Below are positions 1-8,600 of a stretch of 37,542 nucleotides of DNA, in pieces; within the stretch, counting starts at the first letter, position 1, and each line of letters begins with the position of its first letter. The position numbers were made by a program, and so were the translations under genes. This DNA is from Planctomycetota bacterium. Its GTDB lineage: Bacteria > Planctomycetota > PUPC01. The notes under the pieces are model-generated. The model was given only the letters and a program-made list of their open reading frames with translations, did not search any database and was not told the origin of the DNA. The stretch spans positions 1-37,542 of the forward strand of contig PUPC01000128.1 in NCBI GenBank assembly GCA_003553185.1. Direction: 5' to 3'.

Positions 1-230
1 CCGTTCCGCCAGTCGCTCCATTCGGTCAGGACCAGTGTCGAGGCGAGCAGGTCGCCGTCCGACTCGGCGACCCAATATTCGCCCCTGGCGGGGTCGTCGA
101 AGACGGCCTGTACGCCGCCGGCAACCGTGGCGGGGTCCAGCTCGACCGCCTCGGTCTCCCGGGCCATCCGGACTTGGAACTCGACGATGGCGGGCACGTC
201 TTCGGGGCGGGCGCGGCGGATGTGGGTCAT
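1..230 (-). CDS. GNAT-family N-acetyltransferase, N-terminal 76 codons only (gene runs off the left edge of the window)
   Basis: Absent from the ORF track because no stop lies inside the window. Reading the reverse complement from the ATG at 230..228 gives MTHIRRARPEDVPAIVEFQVRMARETEAVELDPATVAGGVQAVFDDPARGEYWVAESDGDLLASTLVLTEWSDWRN, open to position 1. The RPEDVPAI, YWVAE.DG and EWSDWRN stretches resemble small GNAT acetyltransferases. It is co-directional with the nitroreductase gene and starts 37 nt downstream of it. Confidence 0.6.
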   Translation of the reverse strand, partial: MTHIRRARPEDVPAIVEFQVRMARETEAVELDPATVAGGVQAVFDDPARGEYWVAESDGDLLASTLVLTEWSDWRN

Positions 231-267
231 ATCGGGCGGTGAGCAGGATGGTTGGACTGTGGCGTGG

Positions 268-795
268 TCATTCGACCTTCGGTTTCCTCTGGCCGTATCG
301 CTCGTAGTGTACGATCTCATCGAGCGGGGCCTTGCGTGCCATCTCGCCCGGCTCGGCTGCGTGCCCGACGGGCAGGATGACGAGCAGCCGCTTGTCTTCC
401 GGGACGCCCAAAAGCTCTTTCACCCACGGCTCGTGCCGAAGCAGCGTGCCCTCGACCCACACCGAGGCGTAGCCCAGGCCGGTGATGGCGAGCAGCATAT
501 TCTCGACGCAGGCGGCGCAATCCTCGACCCAGTAGCTCCCGCCGCTCGGCGTCTTGCCCGGGGTCATGACCACGGCGATGACCACGGGCACGTTTTCGAA
601 GGATTTCTGGACCTGCTGGAACCGAGCGATGGTCTCGGGGTCGCGGATGACCACGAACTCCTTGTTCTGGAGGTTGTATCCCGACGGGGCGCAGCGGCCC
701 GCCTGAAGTATCTTCTTCAGGTCGCTGTCGGGGACGTCGCCCGGCCGGAACTGTCGTACGCTGCGGCGTTTTGTGATTGCGTCCAGAACGTTCAT
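268..795 (-). CDS. nitroreductase-family (FMN-dependent) oxidoreductase, 175 aa
   Basis: Track ORF. The N-terminus MNVLDAITKRRSVRQFRPGDVPDSDLKKILQAGRCAPSGYNLQ is the canonical nitroreductase opening (RRSxRxF ... AP S..N.Q). Size is typical for the family. The ATG at 795..793 overlaps the upstream gene's TGA (ATGA). Confidence 0.9.
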   Translation of the reverse strand: MNVLDAITKRRSVRQFRPGDVPDSDLKKILQAGRCAPSGYNLQNKEFVVIRDPETIARFQQVQKSFENVPVVIAVVMTPGKTPSGGSYWVEDCAACVENMLLAITGLGYASVWVEGTLLRHEPWVKELLGVPEDKRLLVILPVGHAAEPGEMARKAPLDEIVHYERYGQRKPKVE

Positions 796-1820
796 TCGTC
801 CTCCTCGTCTGATCCCTGCTTCGTGTCATCCCCCGTATCGTCTTCTGCATCGTCCTCCGCATCGTCCGGCTCGTCCGGCTCGTCCGGCTCGAGCAATTCC
901 GGCTCTCCCACCTGTTCGAGCAGGAAGCGGAGGAACCTGCGGGACTCGAAGATCATGTCGGACGGGCCGTGCCGCTTGCCGCGCACGATGATCGCGTCGG
1001 CGTCCCCGCCCAGTTCGCGGTATCGGAGGACGAGCGGGATGGTGTGGATGCTCGGGGGGACGTTCCGGTCCTCGCTCCCGTGCACGTGGGCGATCCGGGC
1101 GCCGGCCTCGGCGAGCGGTTCGAGGCGGTCCTGCGGGTTGTGGTCTTTGAAATTCTCCCGCAGAGCTTGCATGTTCTCTTCGGGGTCCTGGTTCCCGGCG
1201 AGATCATACACCCGGGCGAAGAAGGAATCGAGCCGGATCTGGGTGACCGGATAGATGCCCCCGATGGACCTGACCTTATCCGGATGGTCGCACGCCCAGT
1301 TATAAGCCGCCAGTCCGCCGATCCCCTGGGCCAGCAGGTTGGTGCGGGGCTTGAGGTTGAATCGATCGGTCACCGCGTAATAGAAGTTGGTGTATAAGCG
1401 GCGGCCGGCCGGATTGCCCCACTTGTGCCCGATCTCCACCCCTGCGATCACCGAGCCCGCATCGAGCAGGTACCCGAAGTACCAGGTGTGCCAGCGATTC
1501 GGGATGGCGTTGTCGGATGTCTCGGTGTCGTGCCGGACGGGAGAGAGCCAGAACCAATCCCGCTGCTTCGCCTGGATGAACTCCTCGATGTCGATCTCGT
1601 TCAGTTCGTCGCGGTCGGCGTCGGGATCGACCGGGATGGGCAGGATGACGAAGCACCGGTGCGAGCGGCCACGGTTCCGCATCCAGAAATCGAGGCGGAG
1701 GTGGTCGAAGTGGACCGACCGGCTCAGGCGACCGAGCGTCACGTCGGATTCGCCCGCCGGAGCCGCACCGGCCGGAAGGAGCATCGCCGCGACCAGAAAA
1801 CACCACAGTACGCGCTTCAT
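792..1820 (-). CDS. secreted alpha/beta-hydrolase-fold (esterase / dienelactone-hydrolase-like) protein with a Pro/Asp/Glu-rich C-terminal tail, 342 aa
   Basis: Track ORF. Signal peptide MKRVLWCFLVAAMLLPAGAAPAG. The C-terminal half carries HVHGSEDRNVP and GKRHGPS in the order expected for the acid and His of a hydrolase triad. A GGAGG lies upstream of the ATG. The tail reads EPELLEPDEPDEPDDAEDDAEDDTGDDTKQGSDEEDE. The CDS call is solid; the enzymatic activity is uncertain (see findings). Confidence 0.75.
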   Translation of the reverse strand: MKRVLWCFLVAAMLLPAGAAPAGESDVTLGRLSRSVHFDHLRLDFWMRNRGRSHRCFVILPIPVDPDADRDELNEIDIEEFIQAKQRDWFWLSPVRHDTETSDNAIPNRWHTWYFGYLLDAGSVIAGVEIGHKWGNPAGRRLYTNFYYAVTDRFNLKPRTNLLAQGIGGLAAYNWACDHPDKVRSIGGIYPVTQIRLDSFFARVYDLAGNQDPEENMQALRENFKDHNPQDRLEPLAEAGARIAHVHGSEDRNVPPSIHTIPLVLRYRELGGDADAIIVRGKRHGPSDMIFESRRFLRFLLEQVGEPELLEPDEPDEPDDAEDDAEDDTGDDTKQGSDEEDE

Positions 1821-1869
1821 CGAAGCCGCCTCCTCTCAACCTCCAGGTAAACAACATCCAACTGCCTTT

Positions 1870-1898
1870 AGCTTACCACTAATGGAGTACGGCGGCAA
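1870..1898 (-). promoter_or_regulatory. sigma70-like promoter candidate for the hydrolase-nitroreductase-GNAT operon (TTGCCG-N17-TAAGCT on the minus strand)
   Basis: The reverse complement reads ggTTGCCGccgtactccattagtggTAAGCTaaagg, about 50 nt upstream of the ATG at 1820. It has the same TTGnnn-N16/17-TAnnnT architecture seen in most long intergenic gaps of this window. Confidence 0.3.
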
Positions 1899-2189
1899 CC
1901 GAAATCCCCGAGTGGTTTCGCGAGTCGAATTTCGTGTGTGTATTTCACGACGGACTGTGTTATCATAACAGCCGGCGTTGGGACGGGCCCCGACGTGGGC
2001 GCGGAATGCGGAAAAACAGCAGCAGGTATAACGCTGGAGGTGGGTGAGATGAGACACTCGGTCCGGTTCGTACTGGCCTGTCTGGCAGGTTTCTCACTGG
2101 CAACCCCGGCCGCCCGGTCGGAGGCCGCAGCGGAATGAGCCGATCGTCGCATCGGCTCTCAGTGCAGGACGGCCCGGCGGTTCGCGGGC

Positions 2190-4751
2190 TCACTCCAGGC
2201 GGTCGGCCACCTCGGCCGCCAGCCGGTAGAGTTCGACCGCCTGCTGCTGCCAGTCCCGCCAGACCAGCGTATCCCAGTATTGCCGTGCGTTGATGATATT
2301 TCGGAGTCGGTCATCGAGGATGCGTTGGCTCCTCTCGGCCAGCTCGTCGCCCAGCCGGGCGCGCTTGGCGCCATCCAGGAGCGCCCGTTCGATGAACGCC
2401 CGTGCCTCGCTCTCCTGCAAACCTTCGCGGACCATCTCGAACCGGTCGGTGGCCAGTGCTCCGTCGGGTCCGGGGCTGAGCAGTTTGTGGAACGCGTGGT
2501 GGATGCCCAGGTTGCCGCGTTGATCGTATTCCGGGTACCGGTCGAAAACGATTGCCTTTCTCGGGCGCGCCTCGATCACTCGCCAGAAGTCGGCCCCGAT
2601 CCATCCGTATCCCCGGAGGCCGGCGCAGAACGCCGATTCGACGGCGACGCGATACTGCATCAGCGGGGAATTGTCGCGGAGCCGGCCGACGGTGCCGCTG
2701 CCATACCGGGGGAACGTGGTGTAGTAGCGGTCCACCTGCCAGCCGTACAGCCGGTCCCGGTCGAGGGACGGGCCGCGAGTGCCCCACACATAGGCGAGGT
2801 AGCCGACGGGTTGACCCTGGCAGGTCCAGCGGCGGGGGTGACAGTGCATAATCCAGGGCGCCCCGCCGGACGCTTCTGCCAGCATTTCGACGCAGGCCTC
2901 GCTGGGGATGATGTCGTGGGCGATGCCGACCATCAGCGCGTCGGCGACCTCCCGTTCCTCGAGCCGGGCACGGATGCCGTCGAACACTGGTTTGAAGAAA
3001 TCGAGAGCGTCGTCGTCCTCCCACTTCGGGCCCTCGGCGGCGGTCAGCTCGCCCGTCTCCGGGTCGAGGATGGAGAACGGGTAGGGCCTGCTCTCCTGCT
3101 CGCGATCTGCCCGTCCGAAATAGGCCCCGCCGCTGGTCCTCGGCCAGGTGTGGATGCCGACGATCTTCAGGTTGCCCAGCCCCTCCAGGGCGGTGTCGAT
3201 ATACCGCTCGAAGATGCTGAAGTCGTGCGTCCAGCCGTCGGCGTCCCGGACCCACCGAATCATCGAATGCTCGTTGCCGAAACAGCTCTGTCGGAAAATG
3301 GGGATATAGACGGTCTGGGAGCCGAGTTCGCCCATCAACTCGAACGAGCGGGCGATCAGTTCCCAATGCCGCTCCGACCACAGGGGAACGTCGTACTGGA
3401 GGGCGACGGACTCGGGCGACTGGACGAGCTCGAACAGCGAGGCGAAATTCACGGGGGCGGGTAGCGTCCAGCCGACTGCCGAGAGATGGACGGGGACTTT
3501 TACCGGGTCAAGACCCTCGGCGTCGAACGTGAGTTGCCCGCGGTAATCGCCGGGGTTCGCGTCCTCGGGGATGCGGACGGTAATCCACACCGGCTGGGCG
3601 GCTCGGTCGGCCCCTTGATGTGGTGCAATCGTCTCCGGGGGCTGCTTGGCGAGCGCCTGAAACGTCCCCGGCCCGCCTCGCTCCCGAGCCGGCCCGTCGG
3701 GCAGAGAGTAGCGGACGGAAACCGCCTCTGCGCTGATGGTCCCGGCGGGCGATTCGAGGTCGGACACGCCGACCTCCAGCCCGTTGATCGTCCCGGGGGC
3801 GCTGACCAGTACCTGGGCCGAGAACACGCCGTTCCGGGCGCCGGTGAGGCGTACCGGCTTTGTCGGGCGGTGCGGTTCGCCCTGGTCGTCGTGGTATATG
3901 CGGGTTAACGTGGATACATTCTGGACGTGCAGGCCGGACAGAGGGTCGGCCAGTCCGTCAGCGTTCGATGCCGCGAGCGTCACGTCCTTCAGCCCGAGCA
4001 TCACCCACGGGCACCACTGGTCGCGGCGATGCTGGCGCGTCTCGCCGGTCAGCAGGACGATATCGGTGGGCGGCCGATAGACCTCGATCGCGAGTGTGTT
4101 CACACCCGCCCTCAGCTTGTCGTTCGGCACGACCACGTCCCGCAGGTTTCGCACTCGTTTTGCGAATCGGTCTTCGTATCGTTGTGGGTCGCGCCATCCC
4201 TTCCGCAGCACATATCCGTCGGGATCGACATACGCCTCTTTCGGATAGTCCTCGGCCATGGCGTGCGGGCTGAGCTCGCCGTCGGGCAGGTGGCCCCGTG
4301 CGATCTCCTCGCCGTTGAGGTACACCGCCACGCCGCCCCGATAGACCAGCGAGAGGGTGACGTCGCCCAGCTCGTCCGGGTCGCCCACCCGGAACTGGGT
4401 CCTAGCGCAGAGGAGCGAATGGATTCGCTGTCGTGTTCCCATCAGGGCCAGGCGTCGTCGTGGCCACCGGTCGTCGTCGAAGTCGCCGTCCCGCCATCCG
4501 CCTGGCGGCAGCTCGCTGTGTGCGAACTCCGTCACGCCCCATTCGCGGGGGGCGCGCCCGCCCCCGCCGACCACCTTCATCGGCTCGACGTTCCCGTCCT
4601 CGTCGCGGACCATCAGCGTGCCCGTCACCATGAAGTATCGCCAGTGGTCGTGCGATTCCAGCAGGGCGGCATCGCCCGCCTCGCCCGCCTCCAGCCCGAT
4701 GGCAGAGAACAGACCGACTGCCAACAGCAGCAACACACTGAGCTTCGCCAT
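2190..4751 (-). CDS. large secreted protein, probable glycoside-hydrolase-like: N-terminal galactose-binding-like jelly roll plus a DUF4091-like C-terminal region, 853 aa
   Basis: Track ORF. Signal peptide MAKLSVLLLLAVGLFSAIGLEA. The N-terminal segment (DFDDDRW ... LSLVYRGGVAVYLNGEEIARG ... GVNTLAIEVYR) resembles the GH2-type sugar-binding domain. AAGGAG sits 6 nt before the ATG, inside the 13-nt spacer after the Kelch gene. The family assignment is from memory and tentative. Confidence 0.8.
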   Translation of the reverse strand: MAKLSVLLLLAVGLFSAIGLEAGEAGDAALLESHDHWRYFMVTGTLMVRDEDGNVEPMKVVGGGGRAPREWGVTEFAHSELPPGGWRDGDFDDDRWPRRRLALMGTRQRIHSLLCARTQFRVGDPDELGDVTLSLVYRGGVAVYLNGEEIARGHLPDGELSPHAMAEDYPKEAYVDPDGYVLRKGWRDPQRYEDRFAKRVRNLRDVVVPNDKLRAGVNTLAIEVYRPPTDIVLLTGETRQHRRDQWCPWVMLGLKDVTLAASNADGLADPLSGLHVQNVSTLTRIYHDDQGEPHRPTKPVRLTGARNGVFSAQVLVSAPGTINGLEVGVSDLESPAGTISAEAVSVRYSLPDGPARERGGPGTFQALAKQPPETIAPHQGADRAAQPVWITVRIPEDANPGDYRGQLTFDAEGLDPVKVPVHLSAVGWTLPAPVNFASLFELVQSPESVALQYDVPLWSERHWELIARSFELMGELGSQTVYIPIFRQSCFGNEHSMIRWVRDADGWTHDFSIFERYIDTALEGLGNLKIVGIHTWPRTSGGAYFGRADREQESRPYPFSILDPETGELTAAEGPKWEDDDALDFFKPVFDGIRARLEEREVADALMVGIAHDIIPSEACVEMLAEASGGAPWIMHCHPRRWTCQGQPVGYLAYVWGTRGPSLDRDRLYGWQVDRYYTTFPRYGSGTVGRLRDNSPLMQYRVAVESAFCAGLRGYGWIGADFWRVIEARPRKAIVFDRYPEYDQRGNLGIHHAFHKLLSPGPDGALATDRFEMVREGLQESEARAFIERALLDGAKRARLGDELAERSQRILDDRLRNIINARQYWDTLVWRDWQQQAVELYRLAAEVADRLE

Positions 4752-4764
4752 TCGAAACTCCTTA

Positions 4765-5922
4765 TCAGGGAGCGTTCGCGGTTCCGTCTTTTTGGGTGAG
4801 CCGCAAGGCCCATACGGACGTTGGATTGCGATTGTCGCCCGTCACGAGGAGCAAGACATCGTGACCGGGGTCGTAAGCCATATTGTAGTTCATCCGGCTG
4901 CGGAACGGCAGGGTCGCGGTCTCGACCTGCGTCCAACTGTCCGACCCCAGGTCGTACAGCCAGGTCTCTGCCCGGCCGTCCGTCGCCCGGCCCCGATCAT
5001 CGCGTTCGGTCACCCGGTCGACCATCACGACGGTTTTCCCGATCCCAGGGTGGAATGCCATCGGGGCGAACTGATCCTCCGGCGGGCGATCGCCCGGGGT
5101 GGGCATCATCTTGTATTCGCCCGACTCGACACGATAAACGACCACGTCGTTGGCGTTCTCATTCGACCCGAACACGACGAGGGCTTTGTGTTTGGAGTCG
5201 TATACGGCATTGGTATGATAGCCAAACTGACCGCCCCGGACCACCTGTGTCCAACTGCGGGGCTCGCCGGCGAGCTCGAAAACCCCGTTGGGGCGATGGC
5301 CGATCACCACATTGCGGTCGGTGTCGAATGCCGTACAGTACGGGAAGAAGTGAACGGGTTCGCAATCGAGCGGGACCCATTCGTTTCTTCGAAATTGGAG
5401 CGTCCACGTCGGATGTTTTTCGACATCGTGCCAGACGTGTTGCAGAGCGTTGGTGAACCGGCCGGGAACCATGTGCAGCGGGGCGCTGGCAACGATCAGT
5501 TCGTCCCGTTCAGAGTCATATTCCACGGCCCCGAAAGTGTGCATTGCCCAGGGGCGGTCGCCCTCCTCGCCGGCGACGGGCAACCCCTGTTCGTTCACCT
5601 TGTAGGTGTGTCGGCCGTCTTCGGGATAGAGTTGGGTCCATTCGAGCCGGACCGGATCGAAGAAGAATGGCGTGTTCTTCCAGTCCTGACCGTGCGTATC
5701 GCTGCCGAAGAGGACGAGGCGGCCGCGTCTGGTATCGAACGCACTGCCGCCGTGGGACTGCCGCCTGAACTGGATCGCGTCGCCCCTCCCTTGTTGGTGA
5801 ATCAGAACCCACTCATTCAATTCGAGTTCCAGCAATTTCTGGTTCCTTTCAGGTCCTGTCGCTGAGCACGAAGCCAGACACCCCAACAGACAAATACCGA
5901 AGATAGAACGCAAGCTGCGCAT
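4765..5922 (-). CDS. Kelch-repeat beta-propeller lipoprotein, 385 aa
   Basis: Track ORF. Signal peptide with lipobox (LLGCLASC|S). Repeated ...W..V/L... beta-propeller blades typical of Kelch / galactose-oxidase-like repeats. AAGGAGG lies 7 nt upstream of the ATG. Probably co-transcribed with the downstream 853-aa protein. Confidence 0.8.
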   Translation of the reverse strand: MRSLRSIFGICLLGCLASCSATGPERNQKLLELELNEWVLIHQQGRGDAIQFRRQSHGGSAFDTRRGRLVLFGSDTHGQDWKNTPFFFDPVRLEWTQLYPEDGRHTYKVNEQGLPVAGEEGDRPWAMHTFGAVEYDSERDELIVASAPLHMVPGRFTNALQHVWHDVEKHPTWTLQFRRNEWVPLDCEPVHFFPYCTAFDTDRNVVIGHRPNGVFELAGEPRSWTQVVRGGQFGYHTNAVYDSKHKALVVFGSNENANDVVVYRVESGEYKMMPTPGDRPPEDQFAPMAFHPGIGKTVVMVDRVTERDDRGRATDGRAETWLYDLGSDSWTQVETATLPFRSRMNYNMAYDPGHDVLLLVTGDNRNPTSVWALRLTQKDGTANAP

Positions 5923-6206
5923 GAGTCGCCCTCCTTGTGTGTTTCCGTGCTATGTCAAGTGACGTGCCCGACGCCCGGTCGCTCGGATCAGGCGTCGCCC
6001 GTTGGGCTTGCCGCGGGACGGCGCCTCCGCGGACTGCGGTGACGCGCCGAGCACATCGACAACCGCCAGAGGGTACCCGCATTCGGACTGCCGGTCAAGA
6101 ACGTCCGGATCGCAAATGCCCGGCCCTACCGTACCCGGACTTCCATCACGAGGAATCCGCCCCACGTTCCGGTCGCCAAAAGGTCAATTCCATCTCTCGA
6201 TGATCA

Positions 6207-8114
6207 TCACGCCGCCTGTTGGTTCACACGAATCACGACCAAGCTTAGATCGTCCGACTGTTCATGGCCGCCCGTGAACGAGAGAACCGAATTCCGTATC
6301 GCGTGAACGATCTCTTCGGGGCCGCAACCGTCACAATGGCTGAGGCAATCCAAAAGCCTCTCCTCGCCGTACAGGGCGTAGTTACTGTCTTGAGCTTCCG
6401 TGATTCCGTCGGTAAAAAGTATCAGTGAATCGCCGTCCTTCATTCTTACTCTCTGCTCTGTCGCATTCAGAGATTCAACCACTCCCAACGGATATGTGGA
6501 AACGCGGCTGACGGGGCTTGGCTCGCATTTTGACCTGAGAAGGATGGGAGGGGGGTGTCCGGCATTCACGAAAGTCAGAAGACACTGTGTCGGATCATAG
6601 ATGGCTCCGAACATTGTGACGAAGTTGCCACCACTTTCGACGGCGCGCTCGAACAACCGGTTGCCCCGTTCCACCAGGGTCTCCAGATTCAACGCGTCTT
6701 CCCCCGCCAGACGCAGCAGACTGAGTGATTGAGATGCCAGCAGGGCGGCAGGCATGCCCTTTCCAGCCACGTCTCCAATAGTCAACTCCAAGAGGCCGTT
6801 CCCGAGGAGCTGCAAGTCGTAAAAATCGCCGCCCACCACCCGTGCCGGTTGAGAATACGCCGCCAACTCGACTCCCGAGATTCGAGGCAACTCCTTTGGC
6901 ATCATGGACCGTTGTACCTCGGAAGCAATTCTGAGTTCGCTCTCAATACGTTCTCTGGCCACCGTTGCTCTTCGGAGATCGACCACATACTGGCCAAGGG
7001 AGCGAGTCATACTGTTGAAGGCGTTTGCCAGAAGACGCGTCTCCCTGACACCTCCGACAGTTACCTGGCGTCCGAAATCTCCTTTGCCGATTTCGACTGC
7101 CTCGGTGGCAACACGCTCCAACGGGTTAGAAATGCTTCTGGCGAGTCGCACAGAAAGGATGGTCCCGATCACGAGGACTGCTGCGGTTACGAGGACCATA
7201 ATCAATGCGCCACGCCGAACAAACCGCTTGGCACCGCTGGCATCGTAACTGATCAGAATAGCAAAGGGCCCATGACGACCTTCTCCAGGAACCAGGAATG
7301 ACAAGACATTGCCCGTCTGGTCAAAACGCGTTTCGCCGGTTTCCAAAACAACAGGCAGGTCCGCGCACAGCGACGCCCACGATTCTCCAAGGATATCGGA
7401 GTCCGCGTGGTCCGCTAATACTTTCGGGAAGTTGTCGCCATCGGGGACTAGTACCTGCACCCCGAGGATGCTGGCCTTGCCGATGACAGACTCAGTCAAG
7501 CGAGTCGGATCAATGCCTCTTGAAAGGTCTTGAAGCGTCTTGGCTTCGTAACCCACCTGCACTATGCGGGGACGATCGAGGCCAGAAACACCGGCGTATT
7601 TGAAGACGCGACCGTCGTATTCACGCGGCATCGCCCGCTGTTCGACCTGACCCGACTGGGTTTCAAGCAATTCCATAAAGGGTTCCGACTGACTTTCACG
7701 TAACCCTGTTCTTCCAAAAGTAAATTCCACGTCCTCCTGAGTTCGTAGATAGGCGTATCCCTTCTCGTCGGTAATCCAGAACTCATCCACAACGCTTCGT
7801 TCCGTGATATCCATCAGACGCTGAGCGATCTCTTCAGATGACATCTCCGCCCGGTTCTCCGCCACATCAACCATGTGGCTCGCCAGCATAGCCTGGGCGA
7901 CCATCTGTTTCCCAATTATCGCATCAGTACTTTCAGCCACTTCAACAGTGTATTGCCCGACCAGGGAAAAGATTTCGGTCAGCGAGGTGGCTCTGGACCG
8001 ATATTCGGCAAAAGCCGATTGTTGCAACATGACATACATAGCAAAGTAGCTTCCGCCGAGGGTGATGATCAATAAGAGGAGAAATGCACCAATCAGGCGC
8101 GAGCGAAGGGTCAT
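6207..8114 (-). CDS. membrane sensor PP2C-type (SpoIIE/RsbU-like) serine phosphatase: TM - periplasmic sensor - TM - HAMP - PPM domain, 635 aa
   Basis: Track ORF. N-terminal TM segment (LIGAFLLLLIITLGGSYFAMYV). A second TM segment (ALIMVLVTAAVLVIGTILSV) is followed by a HAMP-like segment (RLARSISNPLERVATEAVEIGKGDF...). The PPM/SpoIIE motifs are present: GGDFYD, GDVAGKGMPAAL, NAGHPPP, FTDGITEA and SDDLSLVVI. GGGAGG lies 6 nt before the ATG. Confidence 0.9.
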   Translation of the reverse strand: MTLRSRLIGAFLLLLIITLGGSYFAMYVMLQQSAFAEYRSRATSLTEIFSLVGQYTVEVAESTDAIIGKQMVAQAMLASHMVDVAENRAEMSSEEIAQRLMDITERSVVDEFWITDEKGYAYLRTQEDVEFTFGRTGLRESQSEPFMELLETQSGQVEQRAMPREYDGRVFKYAGVSGLDRPRIVQVGYEAKTLQDLSRGIDPTRLTESVIGKASILGVQVLVPDGDNFPKVLADHADSDILGESWASLCADLPVVLETGETRFDQTGNVLSFLVPGEGRHGPFAILISYDASGAKRFVRRGALIMVLVTAAVLVIGTILSVRLARSISNPLERVATEAVEIGKGDFGRQVTVGGVRETRLLANAFNSMTRSLGQYVVDLRRATVARERIESELRIASEVQRSMMPKELPRISGVELAAYSQPARVVGGDFYDLQLLGNGLLELTIGDVAGKGMPAALLASQSLSLLRLAGEDALNLETLVERGNRLFERAVESGGNFVTMFGAIYDPTQCLLTFVNAGHPPPILLRSKCEPSPVSRVSTYPLGVVESLNATEQRVRMKDGDSLILFTDGITEAQDSNYALYGEERLLDCLSHCDGCGPEEIVHAIRNSVLSFTGGHEQSDDLSLVVIRVNQQAA

Positions 8115-8600
8115 ATGATACCTCCCATCCTGAAGTGCGGCAGAATTACGGAAACATGCCCCAACAGAGCAAACAACGCCCCGTTCATCGGTGGGCTATT
8201 GAGTATGAAGATTGGTATGCGCCGGCCCCCGTTTTCAGGGGTCTGTGCATCGTCAACAGCCCAAGAAACTGATGGGCTGTCGAAACCATCCGGATCAGTT
8301 GCTGCACCCGGACCCTTCCTCAATTTCGTATTTTCTCGGTCGCAAGGATTATGTCAAGTCCAGAACTTGCTGCACAAATGCCCCCCGACGACCGCCGGTT
8401 CACCATGAACAATGCATCGATTCTGTGCTACACTGTGTTCCCATCAGGCCACCTCCATAACGTGCTATAACTCGATAATCTTGAACACGTTACACCACAT
8501 GTTGGCCTGTTATTCATGCTCGTGGTGGGAAATGCGGTGCAGGCCTGCACTCTGTCTCAACTGCTGCCACAACCTCAGCCGCATCGGCCTTGTGGTCCGC

